DNA of 64,000 bases from Candidatus Magasanikbacteria bacterium RIFOXYD2_FULL_41_14. GTDB taxonomy: Bacteria > Patescibacteriota > Patescibacteriia > Magasanikbacterales > GWA2-37-8. This document shows positions 18,937 to 28,711 of this stretch, piece by piece (positions within the stretch are counted from its first letter, which is position 1; the number at the start of each line of letters is the position of its first letter). Below the pieces are notes generated by a model. That model searched no databases, had not been told where the DNA came from, and saw only the letters and a program-made list of their open reading frames with translations. The stretch covers positions 44,234-108,233 of the forward strand of contig MFRE01000022.1 in NCBI GenBank assembly GCA_001784475.1. Reading direction: 5' to 3'. The position numbers and the translations under genes are program-made.

Positions 18937-19482
18937 ATGAACAAGCCAATAATTTTAAAAGGTCCGCGAGTTACTTTGCGACCGATAAAATTAAGTGATG
19001 CCAAAGATTATGTTGGGTGGTTTCGTGATAAAGAAGTTGTGAAATTTTTAGGCAATAAATTATTGAACATTAAAGAAAAAGGCGTGCGGGATTATTTCAT
19101 TAAAGAAAAAGCAAAAAAAGACGTTATGTTGTGGGCGATTACCGTAGTAGGGGCAGGACAAATTGGCAATGTTCATTTGGGTCTAGATAAAAATAATAAA
19201 CGAGCATCATTAGGACTGGTTATTGCCGATAAGAAATATTGGGGTCAAGGTTATGGGCCAGAAACTTTAAAAATTTTAGGTGATTATGTTTTTAAAAAAT
19301 TAAAATATAATCGATTAGAATTAACAGTATTCACGAATAATAAACGGGCGGTTAGCGCATACAAAAAAGTTGGGTTTAAAGTAGAAGGTACTTTGCGGAA
19401 ATACATTTATGCTTATGTGTTAAAAAAATATTGTGATGAATATGTAATGGGTATTTTAAAAGAAGAATGGCTTACTAAATAA
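18937..19482 (+). CDS. GNAT acetyltransferase, RimJ/RimL family
   Basis: RVTLRP, YWGQGYG, NKRAVSAYKKVGFKVEG. Confidence 0.9.
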   Translation: MNKPIILKGPRVTLRPIKLSDAKDYVGWFRDKEVVKFLGNKLLNIKEKGVRDYFIKEKAKKDVMLWAITVVGAGQIGNVHLGLDKNNKRASLGLVIADKKYWGQGYGPETLKILGDYVFKKLKYNRLELTVFTNNKRAVSAYKKVGFKVEGTLRKYIYAYVLKKYCDEYVMGILKEEWLTK

Positions 19483-19520
19483 ATCTTAAATCTAAAATTA
19501 TAAATCATAAATTAAAAAAT

Positions 19521-21320
19521 ATGGAAAAACAACAATTAGAACAAATTCGTCACTCTTGCGCGCATTTAGTCGCGGCTGCAGTGCAAGCGCTTTACCCGGA
19601 GGCTAAATTTGGCGTCGGTCCGGTAATCGAAAATGGTTTTTATTATGATATTGAATTTCCGGAAAATATTAAGGAAGAAGATTTGGGAAAAATTGAAGCC
19701 AAGGCGCGCGAATTAGCCAAGCAAGGTTTGGCATTTGAAAGAAAAGAAATCAAAATCGACGACGCAATTAAATATTTTGAATCAGTTGGGCAAAATTACA
19801 AAGTAGAATTATTAAATGATTTAAAAACCAAAGGTACGACTAAAATGAGCGCTGAAGAATTGCAAGATGTTGGTGGTGCAGTGGAGAATGTTTCATTGTA
19901 TCAAACTGGTGAGTTTGCTGATTTATGTCGTGGTCCACATATTGAAACAACCAAAGGTTTGAATTTATCTGGTTTGAAATTAATGCGTTTGGCTGGTGCT
20001 TATTGGCGAGGAAAAAGTGATAATCCACAATTGCAACGTATCTATGGCGTATATTTTGAAACAAAAAATGAATTAACCGATTATTTAAATTTATTAGCCG
20101 AAGCCGAGAAACGCGACCATCGTAAAATTGGCGCGGAACAAGAATTATTTTTCTTTGACGACCGCGTTGGTAAGGGCCAGGTTTTGTGGCTTTCAAATGG
20201 CACAATTATTCGCAATGAAGTTGAAAAATTAGCATTAGAAAGTGAAGAGGCGGGAAATTATTTACGCGTGCGTACACCGCACTTGGCCAAAGAAGAATTG
20301 TTTTTGACTTCTGGCCATTTGCCGTATTACAAAGATAGTATGTATCCGCCGATGGTGATGGACGATGGCACGTATTATTTGAAAGCGATGAATTGCCCGC
20401 ATCATCATACGGTATATAATTTCAAACCACATAGTTATCGCGAATTGCCGATGCGTTTGGCAGAATATGGTGAATGTTTTCGCAATGAGTTGTCTGGCAC
20501 TTTGGCAGGGTTGCTCCGCGTGCGCGCGATGGCGATGAACGACGCGCATATATATTGTACGAAAGATCAAATCAAAGACGAATTTAAAAAGGTTATGGAG
20601 ATGGTGATGGAATATTTCCGAATCTTCAAATTAGAAGATTATTGGTTTCGACTTTCTAAGTGGAGTCCGGATCACTTGGAAAAATATGTGAACGAGCCGG
20701 ATAATTGGAATTATTCAGAAGGAATTATTCGCGAGGTCCTGCAGGAAATGAAAGTGAAATTTGTGGAAGCCGAAGATGAGGCGGCCTTCTATGGTCCGAA
20801 AGTTGATGTATTGTTCAAATCGGTCGTAGGACGTGAAGAAACGATGTCCACTATCCAATTGGACTTTGTGGCTAAGGCACGGTTCGGCTTGAAATACACC
20901 GACTGCGAGGGCAAGGAGAACAATGAGGTGTTCGTTATCCACCGCGCGCCGTTATCAACCCACGAACGGTTTATGGCGTTTTTAATTGAGCATTTTGCTG
21001 GTGTTTGGCCAGTTTGGATGTCGCCTGTGCAAATAATGTTCGCGCCGGTAGGTGAAAAACATTGGGAGGGTGCGCAGAAAATGGCGGATGAATTCAAGTT
21101 GGCCGGGGTGCGCGTGGAAGTTGACTCGGCTGATGAAACCGTAGGTAATAAAGTGCGTAAAGCGGTTGGTCGCAAAATTCCATATATTGTCGTAGTGGGG
21201 GATAAGGAATTAGCCGGTGGCGAATTAATGGTGCGTGTGCGCGGAGAAGAAAAACCGGCAAAATTTGCCAAAGAAGAATTTTTGGCGCGCGTTCAACGGG
21301 AAATCAAAGATAGAGTTTAA
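19521..21320 (+). CDS. thrS: Threonine-tRNA ligase (no N-terminal TGS domain)
   Basis: RHSCAH, DLCRGPH, RDHRKIG, KAMNCP, FRNE, AFYGPK, IHRA. Confidence 0.98.
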   Translation: MEKQQLEQIRHSCAHLVAAAVQALYPEAKFGVGPVIENGFYYDIEFPENIKEEDLGKIEAKARELAKQGLAFERKEIKIDDAIKYFESVGQNYKVELLNDLKTKGTTKMSAEELQDVGGAVENVSLYQTGEFADLCRGPHIETTKGLNLSGLKLMRLAGAYWRGKSDNPQLQRIYGVYFETKNELTDYLNLLAEAEKRDHRKIGAEQELFFFDDRVGKGQVLWLSNGTIIRNEVEKLALESEEAGNYLRVRTPHLAKEELFLTSGHLPYYKDSMYPPMVMDDGTYYLKAMNCPHHHTVYNFKPHSYRELPMRLAEYGECFRNELSGTLAGLLRVRAMAMNDAHIYCTKDQIKDEFKKVMEMVMEYFRIFKLEDYWFRLSKWSPDHLEKYVNEPDNWNYSEGIIREVLQEMKVKFVEAEDEAAFYGPKVDVLFKSVVGREETMSTIQLDFVAKARFGLKYTDCEGKENNEVFVIHRAPLSTHERFMAFLIEHFAGVWPVWMSPVQIMFAPVGEKHWEGAQKMADEFKLAGVRVEVDSADETVGNKVRKAVGRKIPYIVVVGDKELAGGELMVRVRGEEKPAKFAKEEFLARVQREIKDRV

Positions 21321-21383
21321 ATTACTGTGGTATGAAGTCAAGTAGAAGAGTGGTTACAATATGTTGGTGCACTGGTTACTTCT

Positions 21384-22640
21384 GTGGCCACTGGTATTGG
21401 TTTTGAAAATAATGCACACGCAGAAGGACAAGTGGATGGTAAAAATGTTGGTAAAAAAGAGAAACCAGATTTAACTTCTCCAGAAGTAATTGGTGGCCAG
21501 GAACAAAAAGAAACAAAGAAGGATTATGAAAAAATTATTGCTGATATTCTGCGGGAAACATTTTTTTGGGTAAATAATCCTGAATATTCAGGAGCTGAAA
21601 CTATAGATGGTGCAGAAAAGATAAATCAAAGAATTCAACAGTTGTTGAAATCTAAAAATCCGTCAATATATATTTTTGGAGAAAATCATCAAAATGATTT
21701 TTGTGAAGATTTTTTTCTTGATATATTAGAAGCTGACCCAGGAGCCAAAACTGTTGTTGAAGAGGCCTTAGACCACCCTGATGAGAAAGAACATGAAGTA
21801 GGGTTGTTATCAACCACTTTCTTTGGGCGCGAAGGTTATGAAGAGAAATTAAAGGAGTTATTATCCAGAAGAAACATCGCTAGGGTAATTTTACAGCATC
21901 CTTTTAATCCAGCCAAAGAGGCAGATAGTAAAATTTTACCATTTATTAAAGAAGGTCGGGTGCATATTCTGGTGGGGGGTGCTCACTCTATGCTTGCGCC
22001 TGGCGAACAAGATACAAAAACACAAACGTCGCAGTTACACCTTGATTCTGATGACGTTCTTTTAAAAACACCCCAGCAAGATTATTTTTTTGATTTATAT
22101 AAAAAATACGGAGCGGTAGCAATTAAGTATATAAATATTTATAATCTAGCGAGGGAGTGTAATATCAGAATATTAGATCAAATATTACCAGCATTAAAGA
22201 CGGGTGAGATTACCGTTGAAAAGGCAGTACAATTTTTAGAAAGACAAATTGGAAGATACACTGATCAATTGAGTTCAACAGATCCGAGGTTGGTTTGGCA
22301 GGATGAGGGTAATAGTGGTTTTGGAATACTGACTTCAAAAATTGAGGAGCTCAATTTTGATATTTTGGAATCTAGCAATCTTGAAGCCTTATTTAATTAT
22401 CCCCCATTTCGGGATTTGTTTATGTCCGGTGATACTAGTTTTGCAATGATTTTAAATGGTGTAAGAGTATCTAGTGGAGATGTCGTTGTAGATTTTGTGG
22501 TTTATGATATTGGTAATAAGCGTATGGTTGTAACATATAATAGAAAAAATCCTAAAGATGGGGTGCTTGAGGTTGATAAAATTGTAAATTTTGATCTAAC
22601 TAATGAAAATGGTAAATGGAAATATAAATTAGTAGATTAG
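21384..22640 (+). CDS. Hypothetical protein, possible ChaN/TraB/EreA-like fold
   Basis: 418 aa ORF; IFGENH and ILVGGAH motifs; start uncertain. Confidence 0.6.
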   Translation: MATGIGFENNAHAEGQVDGKNVGKKEKPDLTSPEVIGGQEQKETKKDYEKIIADILRETFFWVNNPEYSGAETIDGAEKINQRIQQLLKSKNPSIYIFGENHQNDFCEDFFLDILEADPGAKTVVEEALDHPDEKEHEVGLLSTTFFGREGYEEKLKELLSRRNIARVILQHPFNPAKEADSKILPFIKEGRVHILVGGAHSMLAPGEQDTKTQTSQLHLDSDDVLLKTPQQDYFFDLYKKYGAVAIKYINIYNLARECNIRILDQILPALKTGEITVEKAVQFLERQIGRYTDQLSSTDPRLVWQDEGNSGFGILTSKIEELNFDILESSNLEALFNYPPFRDLFMSGDTSFAMILNGVRVSSGDVVVDFVVYDIGNKRMVVTYNRKNPKDGVLEVDKIVNFDLTNENGKWKYKLVD

Positions 22641-22677
22641 ATTCACTCAATTATAAAGCTGAGTACAGAAAATAATT

Positions 22678-23421
22678 ATGGAGATTATCAAGACAAAATC
22701 GTTTAGTTTGGCAGTTGTAACTACCGGTGATAAAAATTCCAACAAGTTGTCAATTTTAATGCCCGGTAGATTAGACACGAAAGATTATTGGAATTTTGAA
22801 AGCCACGCCAAAGTTTTGGCTGGTAAAGGTTTTTTTGTGGTTGCTTTTGACCCACCCGGCACTTGGGAAAGCCCGGGTGGTATTGAATTGTGTACCGTCA
22901 CTAATTATATTAAAGCGGTTAATGAGCTGATTGAATATTTTGGGAATAAGCCAACCTTGCTTGTTGGTCACAGTCGGGGAGGGGCGACCGCGGCCTTGGT
23001 GGCGGCTTCCAATTTGCTTGTTAAAGGCATGGTTTTGTTAATGGCCAGCTATAGCGCATCTTCTGCACCGCCTGACGAAATCATTGCCAGAGGATTTAAT
23101 CTTGACTATCGCGATTTGCCACCGGGACAATCAAAAAGCAAAGAGCAAAAAGAATTTCGTCTGCCTTTAAATTATCGAAAAGATGGCGAGCAATATAATT
23201 CCGCGCAGGCGCTAAAAAATTGTAGCACTCCTAAATTGTTAGTTTATGCAACTTATGATGAATTTCGTTCTTCTGAAACAGTAGAAGATATTTTTAGGAT
23301 TTTGCCAGAGCCGAAAATGTTAAAAAAGTTTGATTGTAAACATGATTACCGTTATTATCCTGAGGTGGTGGCCGAGGTAAATAAGGGGATTGAAATTTTT
23401 GTGGATAAATTTGTTAATTAA
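22678..23421 (+). CDS. Alpha/beta hydrolase
   Basis: FDPPGTWES, GHSRGG nucleophile elbow, C-terminal His. Confidence 0.88.
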   Translation: MEIIKTKSFSLAVVTTGDKNSNKLSILMPGRLDTKDYWNFESHAKVLAGKGFFVVAFDPPGTWESPGGIELCTVTNYIKAVNELIEYFGNKPTLLVGHSRGGATAALVAASNLLVKGMVLLMASYSASSAPPDEIIARGFNLDYRDLPPGQSKSKEQKEFRLPLNYRKDGEQYNSAQALKNCSTPKLLVYATYDEFRSSETVEDIFRILPEPKMLKKFDCKHDYRYYPEVVAEVNKGIEIFVDKFVN

Positions 23422-23437
23422 CAAATTTATTATTGGT

Positions 23438-24709
23438 TTACTGATTATTTTTTTTGAAAATTTCCTCAAAATTTCCAATTGATTTTAAAAATCTTTCCGG
23501 ATGGGCTTTAACTTTTTTTGATAGTTCTTTTCTTTTAAACCATTTAATCGCCGCTACTTCACTTTTTTGAATTTTAAATTGTGAGATCGGTTTATCTATC
23601 GTTGCGAAAAATCTTTGGGAAAAGAAATTGTGTTTGCCGGTATAGCGGATTTTTTCTCCTTTTATTATTTTAACATTTTTTAGTCCAATTTCTTCTTCGG
23701 TTTCTTTGATGATGTTGGATTCGTATGTTTCGCCTTGGTCGTTGGTCCCAGCGACTGCCACACCCCATTTACCAGGGTCGTGACTTTTATTAAACGCTCT
23801 CTGGGCAAGCAAAATATTACCTTTTGAGTTTTGAACCCACAAGGCGGACACGCGATAAATATCTTTTTGTTTTACATCTTCTCGTTTTTTGTGTCCGATA
23901 ATTTTGTCATTTTTATCAACAATAATTATTTTTGGTTTTATGGTTTTTTTATATTCTTCTAGAAATAATTGTAAAGTTTTTTTCAGATTATTTTTTTCTA
24001 TTTTACTTAAATTTAAAACTTTTTTTGTTTGACGTAGGAGTATCGCTTTTTTAACGTATTGGATCCCCAAAAAATTAGGGCAACATTTTGCTAAAGCGCC
24101 AGGGATATTCTTTTTTTTAACGGTTACCCCCTTACTGAGTAAGAGACAATTACTCATGTTAATAATATAATTTATCCATTTTCGCGGTTCTCTATTAAAT
24201 ATATTCCATCCTGGATTTGCGCTGGTTGCGTGTTCGTATTCAAATTGCAGTTCGTTTGTTAGGTCTCGTTGTATTATTTTTTTGACTTCTGGTATTAGTT
24301 TAATAACATTTTTTCCATACAATATTCGTGATTGTTTTTTTAATTTTATTAATCCCAAATTTCCAATGAATCTCGTCGCTTGATTATTATTTTTTATCCT
24401 GTTGTTAAAATCTGCGTCAAGCGTAGTATAGCACTGAATATCAATTGAATATTTTTTTGATAATTTGTCGATTTCTGTTTCAGAAATATTAACAGCACTT
24501 CTAACCAAAGCCATGACATCGTAATCGCTGTAGCCGTCAATAAAGTCATAATTGCCGTAGCTACCAACCGCTAATAAGGAAACTAAATTTTTACCAAGTT
24601 TTTTTCTTAGTAATTTTACAAGCGCTCGTTCCATTTGTTTTAGTTGGGAGCGGTGTGTGTCCATATTTGTAATACACAATGTATCGTTAATTTCTAAGTA
24701 TGAGCCCAT
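23438..24709 (-). CDS. Nucleotidyltransferase-domain / NUDIX (IDI-like) fusion
   Basis: GSYG..SDYDV Pol-beta NTase motif; C-terminal ILLAQRA..K..PGKW..AG..GE..ETEEEIG Nudix box; start may be ATG 24664. Confidence 0.8.
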   Translation of the reverse strand: MGSYLEINDTLCITNMDTHRSQLKQMERALVKLLRKKLGKNLVSLLAVGSYGNYDFIDGYSDYDVMALVRSAVNISETEIDKLSKKYSIDIQCYTTLDADFNNRIKNNNQATRFIGNLGLIKLKKQSRILYGKNVIKLIPEVKKIIQRDLTNELQFEYEHATSANPGWNIFNREPRKWINYIINMSNCLLLSKGVTVKKKNIPGALAKCCPNFLGIQYVKKAILLRQTKKVLNLSKIEKNNLKKTLQLFLEEYKKTIKPKIIIVDKNDKIIGHKKREDVKQKDIYRVSALWVQNSKGNILLAQRAFNKSHDPGKWGVAVAGTNDQGETYESNIIKETEEEIGLKNVKIIKGEKIRYTGKHNFFSQRFFATIDKPISQFKIQKSEVAAIKWFKRKELSKKVKAHPERFLKSIGNFEEIFKKNNQ

Positions 24710-25953
24710 AGTAATTTAAAAAAATTATAAATTGGATGTGAAAAAAATTTATTAAAATTCTTTTTAAGTGTTTTAGAATCTTCGTGGGTTTCGCGTTTGG
24801 CCAATTTAAAGGCGTATTTTTTATTAATTTGCGCCCAAGCGACCGACATCTCGTCGCTTTTAGCAGGTTTTTTGACTTGTATTTTATCGCACTGCCTAAA
24901 TAGATTGTGATTTACGGACAGCCACAGTGAAATTATTCTTACCCCTAAAAAGTTTTCTGGCTCAGCATTTATTAAAGACGGGATTAATAATTTTGGAAAA
25001 ATTAAATCCAAGTCATCTAAATTCCCAAGCACAAAGGCCATATTCCAAGTAATGTACAGACTTGCCCAGTTTTGGCTTGTGTTAACAGTTGGGAATAGGT
25101 TATTTTTTTCAGAGATCGATTGGTAAAAAATATCATCGTTCTTTGTCGGAATAACATTTTTGTTTTTAAACATGGCTAAGGGAGGGTCACACCTTAGATC
25201 TTCGGATAGTGCATAAGCAGAAATCGAATTAGTTTTAAAGTCGTTGTGATATTCGGTAATACCAGCTTCGTAAATATTTATACGCACTAATTCATTTATA
25301 TGTTCTATGTTATTTTTTAAAATTGGTGACAGTAGCTTGTATTCTAAGTAATTTATTTTTTTATCACGTAGCATTTTTTTGGCTTCTCCGATTGTTAAAT
25401 GTGAACCCGCCAGACCACGTCTTATGCGGAAGTAAATCATCAGCGGGTCCAGCGAGAAAGCCTTGGCGATTTTGAAAAAGTCTCTTGAAATTTTTAGCGC
25501 GCGCATAAGAGCATTTAACGAATGGGTAGTGTCAATTCCGCATGCCCTCTCCTTAATTTTGTAATGGTCTTGTACTTCAACAAAGAAGTCGTGGCTATTA
25601 CACATGGTGGCGGTCAAAGCTTCCAGAACGAACATGACGTGCACTGATCGGGCAATATGCTCGAATGGCCGAAACCAATTATTTTTAAGCGCCAAGTCCG
25701 CGAATTCAACTATGGCCGGATGTTTTGATGCCACGCCTTTTTTTATATTATTAAACATTGGTTGCAAATCTTGCGGTTCAGAAATAATATCCTGAAAAAA
25801 TTTGCGCATGCGCTCGTTTTTTGTTTTTAAGTCGTTGAGTTTTAGTTCTGCGATAACCCCCTTCATTATTTGGGGGTTGGTTGTTATATTTTTCTCCAAA
25901 CCAAAAGCTACCATGGTTTTGTCAAAAATTTCGCTCGCTTCTTTTAGTGGCAT
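24694..25953 (-). CDS. Hypothetical protein
   Basis: 419 aa ORF, no motif recognised. Confidence 0.75.
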   Translation of the reverse strand: MPLKEASEIFDKTMVAFGLEKNITTNPQIMKGVIAELKLNDLKTKNERMRKFFQDIISEPQDLQPMFNNIKKGVASKHPAIVEFADLALKNNWFRPFEHIARSVHVMFVLEALTATMCNSHDFFVEVQDHYKIKERACGIDTTHSLNALMRALKISRDFFKIAKAFSLDPLMIYFRIRRGLAGSHLTIGEAKKMLRDKKINYLEYKLLSPILKNNIEHINELVRINIYEAGITEYHNDFKTNSISAYALSEDLRCDPPLAMFKNKNVIPTKNDDIFYQSISEKNNLFPTVNTSQNWASLYITWNMAFVLGNLDDLDLIFPKLLIPSLINAEPENFLGVRIISLWLSVNHNLFRQCDKIQVKKPAKSDEMSVAWAQINKKYAFKLAKRETHEDSKTLKKNFNKFFSHPIYNFFKLLWAHT

Positions 25954-25983
25954 ATTGGCAAAGAGTATTTTTGTTTTAAGTAT

Positions 25984-26121
25984 TTATTTTTTTATCTTCC
26001 GCCCGCACTCCTCCGTCTCATCTGGCCGTTTGTAATCATATTCCGAGCGATAAGTCGTCCCAATTTCGGGCGTGGACACTTCAAAAATATCGCAATCGGT
26101 AATCGCCTGGTAGCGGTGTTT
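25984..26121 (-). pseudogene. 3' remnant of a cupin-family gene
   Basis: Start-less frame KHRYQAITDCDIFEVSTPEIGTTYRSEYDYKRPDE preceded by in-frame TAA; resembles the C-terminus of small cupins (HR..A..D...EVSTPE). Confidence 0.65.
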
Positions 26122-26229
26122 TTAGTCAAATTATGGTATAATGATTTTAAGCTTAGTATATCAATTCTACTATATTTACGAGAAAATCACAATATTTTAT
26201 AAAATTGGTTTGTGTTTTCGAGAATAGAT

Positions 26230-26697
26230 ATGACAGTAAAATTCGTATTAATTTTACCAAATATTAGGAGCGCGCATAATGTGGGCGCGATTTTTCGCAC
26301 AGCTGATGGCGCTGGGGTAGATAAGATATATTTGACTGGGTATACTCCGCGTCCGCCTCATCCGCGTTTGGATAAGGTGTCTTTGGGGGCAGAAAAATCA
26401 GTGCCTTGGGAAGGGGTGGCACAGGCCGGACGGTTGGTTAAAAAATTGAAATTTGAAGGGTATAAAATTGTGGCCTTGGAACAAACCAAAAATAGTGTTA
26501 ATATATATAAGTGGACACCAGTGTTCCCCTTGGCTTTAATTGTTGGCAATGAAAAAACTGGTGTTTCCAAAAGTTTATTGAATTTATGTGATACGGCTGT
26601 GGAATTGCCAATGCTCGGTAAAAAGAAAAGTTTGAATGTGAGTGTGGCGGTTGGCGTGGCGATGTATCAGGTCACCAATCATAAATCTAAAATCTAA
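26230..26697 (+). CDS. TrmH/SpoU-family RNA methyltransferase
   Basis: NIRSAHNVGAIFRTAD, VGNEKTG, LPMLGKKKSLNVSVA. Confidence 0.93.
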   Translation: MTVKFVLILPNIRSAHNVGAIFRTADGAGVDKIYLTGYTPRPPHPRLDKVSLGAEKSVPWEGVAQAGRLVKKLKFEGYKIVALEQTKNSVNIYKWTPVFPLALIVGNEKTGVSKSLLNLCDTAVELPMLGKKKSLNVSVAVGVAMYQVTNHKSKI

Positions 26698-26720
26698 AAT
26701 CTAAAATTTGAAATTAATAT

Positions 26721-27443
26721 ATGTCCGAATCAACTCTAAATATTTTCCGTCTATTTCATCGGGATTTGCCACCTTTGTTTCCGGCGGATCGGCGCACAAA
26801 AATTGCCGAGGTTTTGAAGCGGTTGGAAAATAACCCGACAGTGGATGTCACGGAAATTGAAAATGCTTTGGTGGCATTTGGCTACGAGGCCTGGCCGTGG
26901 CACAAAGCCAAGAAACATTTTTGGCAACGCGCTTGGGATAAATTGGGCGAACATTTTTTTGTGCCGAAATTGTCACCAAGTTTGCGTGAAAAATATGGAG
27001 ATTTTACGTTATGTGGTGGGACTTTGCAGGATGTGCACGCGGGTGTGCCGATAGATTATTTTAATATTGAGCAGCGACGCGAATTAATTGATGCCTTAAC
27101 GCAATTAGAAACTGATTTAGCCCGGCATGTTGATACGCAGATTACGGGAGTAGAAAAAGAGCAGTTTTTGAATTTGGTAGATGAATATCGCGCGGTGGCG
27201 GATAAAATAAAAGCGAAATTGGTAGATTTGCGAAAGTTGGCGCAGGGTGAAAATGAGCACGCAAATTTAGCGCGAGAAATTAATGAAAAAATAAAATTAT
27301 TTGAACACGGTTGGTGCTATTTAGCACCCGAGCCCCAGTATCATGATGTCTGCGAGGCCATGGAATTTTTTCAAGGCCGAAAAAAAGATTTGAATCGGAT
27401 GCGTGGGGCGCATTTAATTCCGGAGGTTAATTTTTATAGTTAA
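26721..27443 (+). CDS. Hypothetical helical protein
   Basis: 240 aa ORF in operon context. Confidence 0.75.
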   Translation: MSESTLNIFRLFHRDLPPLFPADRRTKIAEVLKRLENNPTVDVTEIENALVAFGYEAWPWHKAKKHFWQRAWDKLGEHFFVPKLSPSLREKYGDFTLCGGTLQDVHAGVPIDYFNIEQRRELIDALTQLETDLARHVDTQITGVEKEQFLNLVDEYRAVADKIKAKLVDLRKLAQGENEHANLAREINEKIKLFEHGWCYLAPEPQYHDVCEAMEFFQGRKKDLNRMRGAHLIPEVNFYS

Positions 27444-27449
27444 AGCGTT

Positions 27450-27551
27450 TGTCATTCCGAGTGAAGCGAAGCGCAACCGAGGAATCCCTTGAAGCTGATA
27501 ATCACACAGATGGCTGCGTTAAGGGATCCCTCGGCTACGCTCGGGATGACA
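27450..27551. repeat. REP/RPE-like element
   Basis: TGTCATTCCGAG...CTCGGGATGACA; last 36 bp identical to the copy at 30156-30247. Confidence 0.9.
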
Positions 27552-27562
27552 ATTGGAAAAAT

Positions 27563-28078
27563 ATGTTTAAAAAAATTTTATTAATTATCGCGAGCGAAGG
27601 ATTTAGGCAAGAAGAATATTTTGAAACCAAAAAGGTGCTAGAGTCCGTTGGTTTTGTGGTCGTGACGGCTAGTGATGCGATGGGAAAGGCCGTTGCCAAA
27701 GATGGTTCTTTGGCTAGCGTTGATTTGTTGGTCGGGGATGTGAATGTCGCGGATTATGATGGGATATTTTTTGTAGGTGGCCCGGGGGCATTGGCGCATT
27801 TGGATAATGAAAAGTCATATCAAATTGCTAATTTATCGGTAAATAAACCGCACGGCGCTATTTGCATCTCGCCACGTATTTTGGCGCACGCCGGAATTTT
27901 GAAAAATAAAAAAGTGACTGGTTGGGATAAAGACGAAGAATTAGCTGGAATTTTAGATAGTGTCGGCGCGGAATATGTTAAAAAATCGGTAGTGGTGGAT
28001 GGTAATTTGATTACCGCCAATGGCCCGGAAGCGGCTAAGGAATTTGGCGAGGCGATTGTGAAATTGTTAAAAACTTAA
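27563..28078 (+). CDS. DJ-1/PfpI family protein
   Basis: GFRQEE, YDGIFFVGGPGA, AICISP, VVVDGNLITANGP; true start 27563. Confidence 0.93.
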   Translation: MFKKILLIIASEGFRQEEYFETKKVLESVGFVVVTASDAMGKAVAKDGSLASVDLLVGDVNVADYDGIFFVGGPGALAHLDNEKSYQIANLSVNKPHGAICISPRILAHAGILKNKKVTGWDKDEELAGILDSVGAEYVKKSVVVDGNLITANGPEAAKEFGEAIVKLLKT

Positions 28079-28083
28079 ATTTT

Positions 28084-28671
28084 ATGGCTAATCGCGATTT
28101 AGAATTTTTATTTGAAATTGCCTCTTTGCGCAATGTTCCGCGCGGTTGGCGTCAACACCTGGGCGTTGACTGTGCTAGTGTTTTGGAGCATGTGGTACGC
28201 ACCGCATTTTTGGCCTTGATAATTGCTAGGCGTGAGGGGGGGGCAGATGAAAATAAAGTCATGAAAATGGCCTTATTTCACGATTTACCGGAAGCCCGAG
28301 TATCAGATTTGAGTTATGTGCAAAAAGTGTACGCGAGCGCCGACGAAGATCGTGCCACAACCGATATGTTAGCCGAAACGAGCCTAGAAGATTTTGCGGC
28401 TTTGTTTCGCGAGACCGAAGCGCACGAAAGCATAGAAGCAAAAATAGTGAAAGACGCTGATAATTTGGATCTAGAGCTGGAGATACGCGAATTAGATAGT
28501 TTGGGCTCACCTTTGCCAAAAAAGTGGGAACATATTCGTCGGGCAGTGCGTGATAATAAATTATTTACTGAATCAGCCAAACAAATTTGGGACGAGATTC
28601 AAGTTTCTGATCCCCATAGTTGGCATTTGAATATGAATAAATATTTGTCCGGCAAAGATAAAATTATATAA
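28084..28671 (+). CDS. HD-domain 5'-deoxynucleotidase-like protein (YfbR/HDDC2 family)
   Basis: RGW..SVLEH, ALFHDLPE, VKDADNLD. Confidence 0.88.
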   Translation: MANRDLEFLFEIASLRNVPRGWRQHLGVDCASVLEHVVRTAFLALIIARREGGADENKVMKMALFHDLPEARVSDLSYVQKVYASADEDRATTDMLAETSLEDFAALFRETEAHESIEAKIVKDADNLDLELEIRELDSLGSPLPKKWEHIRRAVRDNKLFTESAKQIWDEIQVSDPHSWHLNMNKYLSGKDKII

Positions 28672-28675
28672 ATAA

Positions 28676-28699
28676 AAAAGTGGCCGATTGGCCACTTTT
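28676..28699. terminator. Bidirectional terminator
   Basis: AAAAGTGGCC-gatt-GGCCACTTTT between convergent genes. Confidence 0.8.
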
Positions 28700-28711
28700 G
28701 ATTTTGTTTTT

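Noticed and set aside
27449-27562. N-terminal extension of DJ-1 (likewise thyA to 57299, folA to 56114, ORF 30160-30618)
   Set aside because: Frames running through repeat elements; family homology starts at downstream ATGs.
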